Positions 1 to 9,578 of a DNA stretch of 64,000 nucleotides are shown here, one piece after another. Source of the stretch: Candidatus Caldipriscus sp. (lineage in GTDB: Bacteria > Hydrothermota > Hydrothermia > LBFQ01); the NCBI GenBank assembly GCA_049414445.1, contig JBMSAP010000083.1, positions 6,171 through 70,170 of the forward strand, in the 5' to 3' direction. The notes beneath the pieces are model-generated. The model worked only from the letters and a program-made list of their open reading frames with translations, was not told the origin of the DNA and did no database searches. The translations under genes were made by a program, and so were the position numbers. Within the stretch, counting starts at the first letter, position 1, and the number at the start of each line of letters is the position of its first letter.

Positions 1-277
1 TTATATGGTCGTTGGGGTTTGGGTGGGTTATGATAGCCTTAGGGTAATATTTCGCGGTGCCACAGGTTCCGAGCTTGCGGTTCCAATATGGGCGAAGTTT
101 ATGGTTCAAGCCCATAAAAATTTGCCGAGGAAGAACTTTGACTACTCCGGTCCCTTCTTATTTGTAAATATATGCCAGCAATCCTATAAGCTGGAGAACG
201 GATCCTGTCCAAGGAAGGCGTTGGAGATGTTTTGGGCGGGCAAGGAAATTCAAGAAAATTGCGATATTCATAGATGA
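1..277 (+). CDS. Class A penicillin-binding protein (PBP1A-like), C-terminal fragment; the ORF is open to the window edge
   Basis: Translation 'VWVGYD...GATGSELAVPIWAKFM' matches the conserved C-terminal transpeptidase-region signature of class A PBPs (established family knowledge). The stop overlaps the recG start (ATGA). Confidence 0.6.
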   Translation, partial: YMVVGVWVGYDSLRVIFRGATGSELAVPIWAKFMVQAHKNLPRKNFDYSGPFLFVNICQQSYKLENGSCPRKALEMFWAGKEIQENCDIHR

Positions 278-2334
278 ACCTTTCGGATGAGGTTTTAAAG
301 ATCCCGGGTGTGGGTCCCAAGATCGCAAGGAAGCTTGAAAAGCTTGGGATAAGGACGGTGGAAGATCTTCTATACCTCCTCCCAAGAAGGTACATAGTGA
401 GGGGGGAGGTGAGGAGGATGGCGAGCATAAAACCGGGTGAGGATGTGGTGGTTAGGGGGAAGGTAATAAAGAAGCTTAAGAGGAACCTTGAGAGGGGTGT
501 TTCGGAAGCTATAGTTGTAATATCGGATGGGAGTGCCTTGGTGGAGCTCGTTTGGAGGAATATGGAGTTTGTCCTGGGTGAGTACGAGATAGGGCAGATT
601 GTCTTCGCGGCGGGCAGGGCATACCAAAGATCCTTTGGAATTTACAGGTTATACCATCCGGAGATAGTGCGGGAGGAGGAAATATCGGAGGTGGTCGGAA
701 TAATACCGATATATCCGCAGACGGAAGGGCTGAAGTCAAAGACTATAAGAAAATTCATAGATTATGCCCTGAAGAACGTAAAAATAAAGGAAACACTGCC
801 GGAATATGTTATTAGAAGTAGGAATTTGGTTTCGCTAAGGGAGGCGTTTGAAGGCCTACACTTCCCAAAAACCGAGGAGGATACATTGAGGGGGAAGAAG
901 AGGATCATTTACGAGCAATTTTTGAAGTTCTACCTTTCCCTAAATCTTTCTTCCTCCTTTGGGAAGAGGAAATCGGTTCCATTAAGGAGGACTGGGAAGC
1001 TTACCGAAAAGTTCGTAAAAAGCTTACCTTTCCGATTAACGGAGGATCAGTTGAAGGTTATGGGGGAGATAGAGGAGGATATGGGTAAAGAGGAGGCTAT
1101 GCATAGGCTCTTGCAGGGGGATGTGGGATCCGGTAAGACGGTGGTTCTCCTCTGGAGCGCCCTAATAGCCATAGAGAACGGCTATCAAGCGGCATTAATG
1201 GCACCCACGGAAATTTTGGCAGAGCAGATATATTCTGTAGCAAAAAGTTTTCTTGGAAACTTAGTGGATATAGTTTTAATAACGAGCTCCATGGGGAAAA
1301 GGGAGAAGCTTAAGGCGAGGCAGAAAACCGCCCTCGGTTCCGCCCAGCTCATAATAGGAACCCACGCCTTAATAACCGACGAGACGGTGTTTAGAAACTT
1401 GGCTTTGGCTATAGTGGATGAACAGCATAGGTTCGGGGTGGCCCAGAGGGCCAGGCTCTTGGAAAAAGCCAAGGATATTTATCCCCATTTCCTCGTTTCA
1501 ACCGCAACCCCAATACCAAGGACATTAGCTTTAACCGTTTATGGGGACCTTAGGGTATCAAGGATCACAAAAAGACCATTTGATACGGTGGTTTATAACA
1601 GGGTTGTTAGGGAAAACCAAAGGTTAAACCTTTACAGGTGGTTATTCGCAAAGATAAAGGAAACCAAAAGGCAGGCTTATGTGATAGCCCCTTTAATAGA
1701 GGAGAGCGAAAAGATCGATGTATCCTCCGTTGAGAGGCTTTACAGGGAGATTTTATCAATAGCACCTCCCGAGATAAGGATCGGGATTTTACATGGGAGG
1801 ACACCTCTAAACGAGAGAAACTTAATAATGGAAAGGTTCAGAAAGGGAGAGATAGATGTACTTGTTTCTACAACCATCGTTGAGGTTGGGGTGGATGTAC
1901 CGAATGCGAAGTTTATGGTGGTGGAGGATGCTCATAGGTTCGGAATATCCCAGCTTCACCAGCTTAGGGGGAGGATATTAAGAAATAGCGAGCCGGCATA
2001 TTTTATAATGGTAGTACCCGACAAAATTGGGTACGATGCTTACAGGAGGATAAAGGCGGTTGAAAGTATAACGGATGGTTTTGTTTTGGCGGAGGAGGAT
2101 CTGAAGATAAGGGGACCTGGGGAAATAATGGGGTTAAAACAGCATGGGGAATGGATGTTGAAGGGGATAAATATATCGGAAATTTCCTCGGATGAAAGGT
2201 TTTTGAAAATCGTTGAGATTGCAAAAAAAGATGCGGAGTACATACTGTCGCAAGATCCGGACTTGGTTCTTGCAAAAAACTTACCTTTAAGGGAAAGCCT
2301 TGAACTTTTCAGGAACGTTATAACCGTGGGTTAG
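274..2334 (+). CDS. recG: ATP-dependent DNA helicase RecG
   Basis: 686 aa. Walker A 'GDVGSGKT', DEQH box 'VDEQHRFGV', and 'TATPIPRTLA' (SF2 helicase motifs in RecG order). N-terminal wedge/OB region is present. Confidence 0.9.
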   Translation: MNLSDEVLKIPGVGPKIARKLEKLGIRTVEDLLYLLPRRYIVRGEVRRMASIKPGEDVVVRGKVIKKLKRNLERGVSEAIVVISDGSALVELVWRNMEFVLGEYEIGQIVFAAGRAYQRSFGIYRLYHPEIVREEEISEVVGIIPIYPQTEGLKSKTIRKFIDYALKNVKIKETLPEYVIRSRNLVSLREAFEGLHFPKTEEDTLRGKKRIIYEQFLKFYLSLNLSSSFGKRKSVPLRRTGKLTEKFVKSLPFRLTEDQLKVMGEIEEDMGKEEAMHRLLQGDVGSGKTVVLLWSALIAIENGYQAALMAPTEILAEQIYSVAKSFLGNLVDIVLITSSMGKREKLKARQKTALGSAQLIIGTHALITDETVFRNLALAIVDEQHRFGVAQRARLLEKAKDIYPHFLVSTATPIPRTLALTVYGDLRVSRITKRPFDTVVYNRVVRENQRLNLYRWLFAKIKETKRQAYVIAPLIEESEKIDVSSVERLYREILSIAPPEIRIGILHGRTPLNERNLIMERFRKGEIDVLVSTTIVEVGVDVPNAKFMVVEDAHRFGISQLHQLRGRILRNSEPAYFIMVVPDKIGYDAYRRIKAVESITDGFVLAEEDLKIRGPGEIMGLKQHGEWMLKGINISEISSDERFLKIVEIAKKDAEYILSQDPDLVLAKNLPLRESLELFRNVITVG

Positions 2335-3245
2335 CTTCCCTTTTTTCTCAACTTCCAATCCAAAACCAAGGCGGCAACTATGAAAATGGAGGAGTATGTT
2401 CCCACTATGCTACCTATGGTCATGACGAAGGCGAAGTTAAAGAGGACGGGTCCCCCAAGTATCAAGATTGAAAAGACCACGACGAGAACCGTAAGGGACG
2501 TGATCACCGTCCTTGGAAGGGTTGAGTTAATCGCATCGTTGAAAATCTTCATCAGCTCCCTTGGGGAAATTTCCACAAGCCTGAACCTTCCCAAGTATTC
2601 CCTAACCCTATCCGCGATAACTATGGAGTCGTTTATGGAATAACCCATTAGAGTGAGAATAGCCGCTATAACCGTCATATCGGTCTCAAATCCCAGGAGG
2701 GAGTGGATCCCCCAGGATATTATCACATCGTGGAAAAGGGCTAGGACAGCTGCGACACCGAAAACCAAATCGAACCTGAACCATACATAAATCAGGATCA
2801 CGAGCAAGCCCACCAAGCTCAGTATTATCGCCCTATTCCTCAGCTCGGCTCCGATCCTAGGTCCCACCTTCTCCGCCCTATCAAGCCTAACCTTTTTCCC
2901 GAGTTCCCCCTCCAAGATCTTTACAAGGCTATCCGCCTCAACATCCTCGGCGTATTTTATCAAATATTCGTTCCTTTCCCCTATGTTCTGAATTTCCGCC
3001 CTTATCCCGGCGCTTAAAACCGCGCTTCTCACCTTATCAATGGGAGCCTCAACAAAAACCTGAACGAGGCTTCCCCCGGTAAAGTCTATTGACCAAGTTT
3101 GCTTTAAATTCACGAGGGAACCCAAAGGTGTAAGCCTTAGGGTTATACCCAAGAGTCCGAGAAACAGCATGATGAGGGAAAGGGTGTAGGCAACCTTCCT
3201 TTTCCCCATGAAGTCAAAATTCGCGTTATGCAAAAACTTAAACAT
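2331..3245 (-). CDS. secF: Protein translocase subunit SecF
   Basis: 304 aa multi-TM protein lying immediately downstream of secD in the conserved SecDF arrangement. SecF-like periplasmic domain and C-terminal TM bundle. Confidence 0.85.
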   Translation of the reverse strand: MFKFLHNANFDFMGKRKVAYTLSLIMLFLGLLGITLRLTPLGSLVNLKQTWSIDFTGGSLVQVFVEAPIDKVRSAVLSAGIRAEIQNIGERNEYLIKYAEDVEADSLVKILEGELGKKVRLDRAEKVGPRIGAELRNRAIILSLVGLLVILIYVWFRFDLVFGVAAVLALFHDVIISWGIHSLLGFETDMTVIAAILTLMGYSINDSIVIADRVREYLGRFRLVEISPRELMKIFNDAINSTLPRTVITSLTVLVVVFSILILGGPVLFNFAFVMTIGSIVGTYSSIFIVAALVLDWKLRKKGS

Positions 3246-3257
3246 GGCGGAACCCCC

Positions 3258-4805
3258 TTATACTGCAACCTCTTTCCACTTCAACTCCTCAAGCAAAATG
3301 TTAAAGATCCAGCGCGTCATAACAAGTGAAGTGAAGAAATTCACCAAGATTCCTATGCTCAAAACCACCGCAAAACCCCTTATGGGACCGGTACCGAGGA
3401 ACATTAGGACCAAGGCGGTTAGTAGGGTGGTTATGTTTGCATCAAGGATCGTTCTCCTTGCGTTGGAATAACCGCTCTCAAGGGCGGTCCTGAAGGGATT
3501 ACCCTTCCTCAGCTCCTCCCTTATCCTCTCAAATATTAGGACGTTTGAGTCCACCGCCATACCGACCGTAAGGATCAAACCCGCCATACCCGGCATCGTC
3601 AATGTCGCGTTTATCATAGCCATTATTGCGAGGATAAGGATAAGGTTGGCAAAAAGCGCGATGTTTGCTATTATCCCGCCGATCCTGTAGTAAAAGATCA
3701 TAAATAATATCACGAGAATGAAAGCAACACTAAGGGCTATCATACCCTTTTGTATTGAGTCCTTACCCAGGCTCGGACCTATTACCCTCTCCTCCTCTAT
3801 CTTCACCGGCACAGGCAAGGCTCCCGCCCTCAAGATCGCCGCAAGATCCTGAGCTTCCCTAAGGCTCCTTATCCCCGTGATCTGGGCGTTCCCCGTTGGG
3901 ATCCTCTCCTGAATTCTAGGTGCGGATTGCACAACGCCGTCCAAAACAATTGCCAATCTCTTTCCCACGTTTTCCCCGGTTATCCTCGCAAATATTGCCG
4001 CACCCGTCCTATCAAACCTAATCTGAACTATGGGTTGCCCCGCGACCTGCTCTTGTCCTATGGTTGCGCTTGCGTCCATAAGGTAGGCGCCCGTTAGTGG
4101 TGTTTCCGCCTTAACCATATAAAGCTTCCTGAACTTCTTACCCCCAACCTCCTGGGTTGCGCCCCATAGGATCTCATAACCCACTGGTATGAGGTTTTGA
4201 ACCTCGGGGAGCTTCAGGATGCTATCTACCTTTGCCCAGTTTTCCTCCGCCACCGCAACATCACCCTCAAGGACTACCAAGAGATTGGAAAAAGGTCCCC
4301 TTAATTCATCCACACCGAATATTTCTGCTCCTCTCAGGATCCTATCCACACCCCTTATGAAGTCCGCAAAAAGGTTTTCGTCCGCAAGGAGCTTAAACTC
4401 TAAAAGGGCCGTCTTACCCAATATCATCCTCGCCCTCTCCTTGTTTATCACACCCGGAAGCTGGACGACGACCCTATCCTCCCCCACCTTCTGTATTACG
4501 GGCTCAAACACCCCAAGCTGGTCCACCCTGTTCCTTATCACCTCAACAACCCTATCCGCGGCATCCTTAATATGCTCCCCCTTAACTTTATCTTTATCCA
4601 CACCCAGAACCACGTACATACCCCCCTGTATATCCAAGCCCAAATTCAAAGAATTCCTCATAAGCTTTTGAAACTCCATAGGGTCTAGCTTCTCCTTTTC
4701 GCTTTCGGACATCGTTAAAACTTTGTATGTTGGTTGAAGTAGCCACAGGGGTACAACAAAAGTCAAGATAATCACTATTAACCTTATGAGGTTCTTGTTA
4801 GACAT
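3258..4805 (-). CDS. secD: Protein translocase subunit SecD
   Basis: 515 aa. N-terminal TM helix, large periplasmic domain, C-terminal six-TM RND-like bundle. Conserved secD-secF pairing. Confidence 0.85.
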   Translation of the reverse strand: MSNKNLIRLIVIILTFVVPLWLLQPTYKVLTMSESEKEKLDPMEFQKLMRNSLNLGLDIQGGMYVVLGVDKDKVKGEHIKDAADRVVEVIRNRVDQLGVFEPVIQKVGEDRVVVQLPGVINKERARMILGKTALLEFKLLADENLFADFIRGVDRILRGAEIFGVDELRGPFSNLLVVLEGDVAVAEENWAKVDSILKLPEVQNLIPVGYEILWGATQEVGGKKFRKLYMVKAETPLTGAYLMDASATIGQEQVAGQPIVQIRFDRTGAAIFARITGENVGKRLAIVLDGVVQSAPRIQERIPTGNAQITGIRSLREAQDLAAILRAGALPVPVKIEEERVIGPSLGKDSIQKGMIALSVAFILVILFMIFYYRIGGIIANIALFANLILILAIMAMINATLTMPGMAGLILTVGMAVDSNVLIFERIREELRKGNPFRTALESGYSNARRTILDANITTLLTALVLMFLGTGPIRGFAVVLSIGILVNFFTSLVMTRWIFNILLEELKWKEVAV

Positions 4806-4861
4806 AGGCGGGAATTATACCCCCGAAAACAAGTTTATCGGGTGTAGAATATATACTTCAA

Positions 4862-4935
<74 letters not shown>

Positions 4936-4936
4936 C

Positions 4937-5989
4937 TTGATAGATACGCTACCACTCTTTTATATATACTTAACAGGTGGGGGGGTTATATCCCTTCCCG
5001 ATAGCCTACAAAAGAAAAACCTTGAGGATGTTCTAAACTATAACTCATCCGTCGGTTCCCCGTCCATCCTGAGGGATAAAATTTATGCCCTCGTTTATCC
5101 TTTTTCTATTTCCGCAAGCTACGAATATCTAAACGATAGCGCTTATCTATCAAGGGCTTCTTACTTAAGCCCCTTATCCCTAAGTCTTGGAAGCAAGTTC
5201 GGAAAATACTTCTTACAAATTGACGGGAAGTTTTGGGGAAGCTATATTGACAAAAGGGGGGATTATCAGGTTTATCTTGGGAAAGCCTCCCTGTACGCGC
5301 CCAGGTTTTCAATTTCCACAATATACACCCTTTTCCAGAGGAGCGCGTACATAGGAAGCTACCCTTACGGGGATCGGGTTTTGGATTTTTATGAAAGGTG
5401 GATATACTTTGGAAATTACGGTTTTGAAGTCGCATATCAGGGGGAATCTTTTAATTACTTTTCGGGTTTTGGAATAAATCCCAAGGGGACCCCTATATGG
5501 ACGGGATTTTCTGCGAGCTTTGAGGGTTTTAAAGTTAGGGGGAGGCAGGTATCTTACCTTGGAACTACGGTAATACCGGTGAGGGTTGAGGGTGAAGTTG
5601 GAAAGGTTTGGACTAAGGGAAAGTACAACATATATTTTGACCTTTTCTTGGCTTATGTCTTTAGCGCAAAGGATTTTAGGAGGGGACTTATACTTGAGAA
5701 CTTGGTTGAATATAGGGAATTTTCGGAAAAAGGGGAAAAAGGTTTTGGTCTAAGGTGGTTCGTAAGCAAGGGTGGAAAGTTTTATGGGATTGAACCGAGG
5801 TTTAGCTATACCTTTGCGGGAAGGGTAAGGCCCGAAATTTTCTTGGGTTATCTCTATCCCGAAAGGATGGGAGTGTTTTTTGGGGTAAGTTTCAAATTTT
5901 TCAGGAGGAAATTTACCATAGCATACAAGCATACGAACAGGTCAATTTATGGGGGTTTGGAGGTGGGTTATGCCAAGTTTGGCCTTTAA
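4937..5989 (+). CDS. Hypothetical Y/G/F-rich protein, possibly an outer-membrane beta-barrel; the ORF-track start abuts the tRNA, so the true start is probably downstream
   Basis: 350 aa with alternating aromatic and small residues ('YLGKASLYAPRFSISTIYTLF', 'YFGNYGFEVAYQGESFNYFSGFG') typical of beta-strand-rich OM proteins. No recognisable catalytic motif. Confidence 0.4.
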   Translation: MIDTLPLFYIYLTGGGVISLPDSLQKKNLEDVLNYNSSVGSPSILRDKIYALVYPFSISASYEYLNDSAYLSRASYLSPLSLSLGSKFGKYFLQIDGKFWGSYIDKRGDYQVYLGKASLYAPRFSISTIYTLFQRSAYIGSYPYGDRVLDFYERWIYFGNYGFEVAYQGESFNYFSGFGINPKGTPIWTGFSASFEGFKVRGRQVSYLGTTVIPVRVEGEVGKVWTKGKYNIYFDLFLAYVFSAKDFRRGLILENLVEYREFSEKGEKGFGLRWFVSKGGKFYGIEPRFSYTFAGRVRPEIFLGYLYPERMGVFFGVSFKFFRRKFTIAYKHTNRSIYGGLEVGYAKFGL

Positions 5990-6407
5990 CCTTTCGTTAT
6001 TTTTCACATTTCCGGGCTTTGTAAGTAGGGATCTGCCTTTTGTCTTTGGTTTCCCTTCCTTAGGATTGAGTTTGGAGTCTCAAAATCGCATAACAGCATC
6101 CTTTGATGTGGGTGGAATATCGTATGCGGTGGGTGGTGAGAGGATAGTTATATTGAATTCAAGCCTTGGGTTTGGAACAAACATTAATAATTTTGACCTT
6201 ATGTTTGGATTTACGGGCACAACCGCGGGAATATCAAGGCTTAACATAGAGGATCAGAGTTATACCGCAACTTTTTTGAGGGTGGGTTATAGGTTGGGTA
6301 ATTTTAGGATGGGGTTGAATTTACCCGTTTATCTACTCGCGGGGGAAAAGAAACTTTCCCTTTTACCCGTCCCCCTTCTCTATGTATCCATCTCAAGTAA
6401 AAAGTGA
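5949..6407 (+). CDS. Hypothetical beta-strand-rich protein; may be the C-terminal continuation of the preceding ORF after a frameshift
   Basis: 152 aa; overlaps the previous ORF by 41 nt in a different frame. Similar composition ('FDLMFGFTGTTAGISRLNIEDQSYTATFLRVGYRLGNFRMGLN'). Confidence 0.3.
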   Translation: MGVWRWVMPSLAFNLSLFFTFPGFVSRDLPFVFGFPSLGLSLESQNRITASFDVGGISYAVGGERIVILNSSLGFGTNINNFDLMFGFTGTTAGISRLNIEDQSYTATFLRVGYRLGNFRMGLNLPVYLLAGEKKLSLLPVPLLYVSISSKK

Positions 6408-8124
6408 GGTTTTTGAGAGGATCCTAAGCGCCCCCGAAGAAAGCGGGGTTTATATTTTCAAAAGTGAGGGGAAACCGATATATATTGGGAAGGCAAAAAA
6501 TTTGAGAAATAGGTTGAAGTATTACCTATCTCCGGAGAACGAGAGGGTTCTGAGGATGGTATCGGAAGCGGACGAACTTGAGATAATAACTACGAACAGT
6601 GAAAAAAATGCGATATTTTTGGAGGCGAACTTGATAAGGAAATATCAACCCAAGTACAACATAAAGCTCAAGGAGGAAAACCCGTTTTATTACATACATA
6701 TAACCGAAGAGGAGTACCCGAGGGTCGTCATAACGAGGAAACCCCTTGAAGGTGGGCAAAACTTCGGCCCATACATAAACAGATCTCAGGTTAGATTTTT
6801 CCTTAAATTCGCCCGCAAACTTTTCCCAATAAGGAACTGCTCCTTAAAGCTCCCATCCAAAGGGAAACATAACGTATGCATAGAATATCACATTGGAAGG
6901 TGCATAGCTCCCTGTAAATTTGAAGTGAAGAGGGAGTATTCCGAGCTTGTGGAGAGGTTTAAAAGGTTCATATCTGGGGATGTTGGGGATACCGCGAATT
7001 ATATATACGAAAGGATGGTGGAAGCTGCGAAAAACTTAAACTTTGAATCCGCAATAGTTTGGAGGGATAGGCTTAGAAGTTTAAACGACTTCCTTGCGAG
7101 GGGCTCTGGAAACAAGGACCTTTGGGCAATATATTCCTTGGGAAACACATCATGCGTCGTCCTTTACACGTTGGAAAACGATCTTATAAAGGGCACATAT
7201 AGGTTTTTGACGAACACGTCAATAGAAGGGGAAAGGGGTACTTTGGAAGAGTTTTTAACGATTTACTATTCAAACAATCAAAAGGGGGTGGAGGAGATAT
7301 TGGTGCCCTTTGAGCTGGAGATCTTAGAGATAAACGGAATTCCTATAAGGGTTGCGGATGAGAGGTACCAAGATATTCTAAAGTCCGCAGAAAATTATGC
7401 TAGGCTTGAGGTGGAAAGCTACATACAAAGGTCAGAGAGAATAAATCCCGCCCTTGAATCCTTAAAAAAGATCCTAAACTTACCAAAGGTCCCATCGAGG
7501 ATAGAGGGGTTTGATGTTTCGCACCTTTTCGGGGAACATAAGGTGGCATCCTTAGTGGTCTTTAAGGATGGAAAACCCCTGAAATCCGAATACAGGAGGT
7601 ATAAGATAAAAACGGTTGAAGGGATCGACGATTTTGCATCTATGTACGAGGTAGTGTTTAGGAGGTACAGGAGGATTTTAGAGGAAGGGAAACCCTTACC
7701 CGATCTCATACTAATAGATGGAGGTATAGGACAGCTGAATTCCGCATTAAAGGCGTTAAAGGAACTGGGTTTGGAAATCCCAATAATTGCCCTAGCGAAG
7801 AGATTTGAAACAATAACACTTCCGGGAAACAGGGTTGTACAATTGCCCCTAAACGAACCCGCCCTTAAGATCCTTCAGAACATTAGGGATGAAGCCCATA
7901 GGTTCGCCCTAAAGTACCACACCACATTGAGGAGTAAAGAGATCAAAAAGTCCATCCTTGACCTCATACCGGGCGTGGGTGAGAAAAGAAGGAATGTACT
8001 GTTGGCATACTTTGGAAGTATTGATAAGATAAAAGAAGCTAGCGTTGAAGAGATAGCTAATCTACCCGGCTTTAACAGGAAAATAGCAAAAAGGATAAAG
8101 GAATTCCTTGGGGGTGTTAAATGA
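6382..8124 (+). CDS. uvrC: Excinuclease ABC subunit C (UvrC)
   Basis: 580 aa. N-terminal GIY-YIG nuclease motif 'GVYIFKSEGKPIYIGKAKNLRNRLKYY', UvrBC-interaction region, C-terminal RNaseH-like/HhH region ('GVGEKRRNVLLAYFGS'). Confidence 0.9.
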   Translation: MYPSQVKSEVFERILSAPEESGVYIFKSEGKPIYIGKAKNLRNRLKYYLSPENERVLRMVSEADELEIITTNSEKNAIFLEANLIRKYQPKYNIKLKEENPFYYIHITEEEYPRVVITRKPLEGGQNFGPYINRSQVRFFLKFARKLFPIRNCSLKLPSKGKHNVCIEYHIGRCIAPCKFEVKREYSELVERFKRFISGDVGDTANYIYERMVEAAKNLNFESAIVWRDRLRSLNDFLARGSGNKDLWAIYSLGNTSCVVLYTLENDLIKGTYRFLTNTSIEGERGTLEEFLTIYYSNNQKGVEEILVPFELEILEINGIPIRVADERYQDILKSAENYARLEVESYIQRSERINPALESLKKILNLPKVPSRIEGFDVSHLFGEHKVASLVVFKDGKPLKSEYRRYKIKTVEGIDDFASMYEVVFRRYRRILEEGKPLPDLILIDGGIGQLNSALKALKELGLEIPIIALAKRFETITLPGNRVVQLPLNEPALKILQNIRDEAHRFALKYHTTLRSKEIKKSILDLIPGVGEKRRNVLLAYFGSIDKIKEASVEEIANLPGFNRKIAKRIKEFLGGVK

Positions 8125-8951
8125 GCCTTTTGGGTAAATTGGCTAAAGTGATACTTAAGATAAAGGGGAATCTTATCCTCCTTGAGTTAAAAAAACCACC
8201 ATGCAAAATATACTTACCCGATGATAGTATTTGGGCGCTAATAAGGGAGATATATCTTTTGGAAGCTTATCCTCCCTTTGAGAGCCTTAAGGGGGTAATA
8301 ATAGACGCGGGTGCTCACGCGGGATCCTTTGCTATACCCGCATCCTTTTTTGAGGATAGAGTTGTAGCCATTGAGCCGAATCCCATTATGGTAAAGATCC
8401 TTGAAATGAACACATTAATAAACCGCAGAAGGAACATAGATATACTACCCTACGCCTTATACCATTCCTCAAAAACCGTTTACTTCAATCCCGACGACCT
8501 TACCAGTGTTATGGGGACGGTTTCAAAGGAAGGTAAAATTGAGGTTCAAGCTATATCCTTAGATGAGATCGTTGAAAGATATGGTGAAATTGAGCTCTTG
8601 AAGATGGATATAGAGGGTGCGGAATACGATGTGATATTTAACGCAAGGAAAGAAAGTTTAAGGAGGATAAAAAGGTTAGTGGGAGAAATACACTACGAAG
8701 GGAAAGAAATGTTGCAAAAGTTTGGGGAATATTTGAAAGAAATGGGCTTTAAATACAAGTTTGTGGGGAAAAGTAAGTTCTATAGCCCGTTTAGGGTTTT
8801 GAAGGCTGTAAAAAACTCGGCGAGAATCAAAGGACAAATGTTCTACAAGATCACCAATTACATTTACCTATTAACCCCTATACCCAAACCTATAACGTTA
8901 ATGTTTTCAGGCAAAGAGAGGGTATCCCTCTTCTTCGCGGAGAGAATATAG
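8121..8951 (+). CDS. FkbM-family SAM-dependent methyltransferase
   Basis: 276 aa. 'VIIDAGAHAGSFAIPAS' glycine-rich SAM-binding loop and the overall FkbM-domain pattern. Overlaps the uvrC stop by 4 nt. Confidence 0.7.
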   Translation: MSLLGKLAKVILKIKGNLILLELKKPPCKIYLPDDSIWALIREIYLLEAYPPFESLKGVIIDAGAHAGSFAIPASFFEDRVVAIEPNPIMVKILEMNTLINRRRNIDILPYALYHSSKTVYFNPDDLTSVMGTVSKEGKIEVQAISLDEIVERYGEIELLKMDIEGAEYDVIFNARKESLRRIKRLVGEIHYEGKEMLQKFGEYLKEMGFKYKFVGKSKFYSPFRVLKAVKNSARIKGQMFYKITNYIYLLTPIPKPITLMFSGKERVSLFFAERI

Positions 8952-8975
8952 TATCTCCCTTATAATACTTACGCT

Positions 8976-9560
8976 ATGAAGAGATGGGCTTTAATTCTTT
9001 TGTTGCCGAGTTCCGGTTTGTTCGCTCAGGCTTACAGATACATCGTGGATCCATCGCACACGTCAATAATTTTCAACGTCAGGCATATGATGGTGACAAC
9101 GGTTAGGGGAAGCTTTAGCAAGTTTGAGGGTTGGATAGAGTACGACTCAAAGAACCCTCAGAATACAAAGGCGGAAGGTATAGTATATGTAAGTAGCATA
9201 GATACAAAGAACGAGAGAAGGGATAAACACCTTCTGAGCGACGACTTCTTTGATGCGGAAAAGTACCCAACGATGAAGATGGTGTTAAAAAAGGTTTATA
9301 AAAAAGGGAATAAGTGGTGGGCGGATGCGGACCTTACGATAAGGAATGTGACGAAAACCGTATCGTTCCCGTTCAACATATACGGACCCGTTAAAGATAA
9401 TTGGGGAAACCTTAGGATAGGGGTTGAGGCGAGCTTTGAAATAAACAGGTTTGATTTTGGGCTAAATTGGAACCAGGTTTTGGAAACGGGGGGTCTTGTT
9501 GTTGATAAAACCGTTAAGGTTGAGCTGAACATACAGGCTATATACAAGCCAACGAATTAG
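8976..9560 (+). CDS. YceI-like periplasmic polyisoprenoid-binding protein
   Basis: 194 aa. Signal peptide followed by the YceI-domain pattern 'YIVDPSHTSIIFNVRHMMVTTVRGSF..F.G'. Confidence 0.75.
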   Translation: MKRWALILLLPSSGLFAQAYRYIVDPSHTSIIFNVRHMMVTTVRGSFSKFEGWIEYDSKNPQNTKAEGIVYVSSIDTKNERRDKHLLSDDFFDAEKYPTMKMVLKKVYKKGNKWWADADLTIRNVTKTVSFPFNIYGPVKDNWGNLRIGVEASFEINRFDFGLNWNQVLETGGLVVDKTVKVELNIQAIYKPTN

Positions 9561-9578
9561 CATTCTTATAATACCTTC

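Noticed and set aside
4219-4671. 150-aa plus-strand ORF inside secD and the 87-aa ORFs at 2380-2643 / 3208-3471 opposite secF/secD
   Set aside because: They are antisense to conserved membrane-protein genes; their Ser/Thr/Pro-rich translations have no signal. They are artefacts of the six-frame track.
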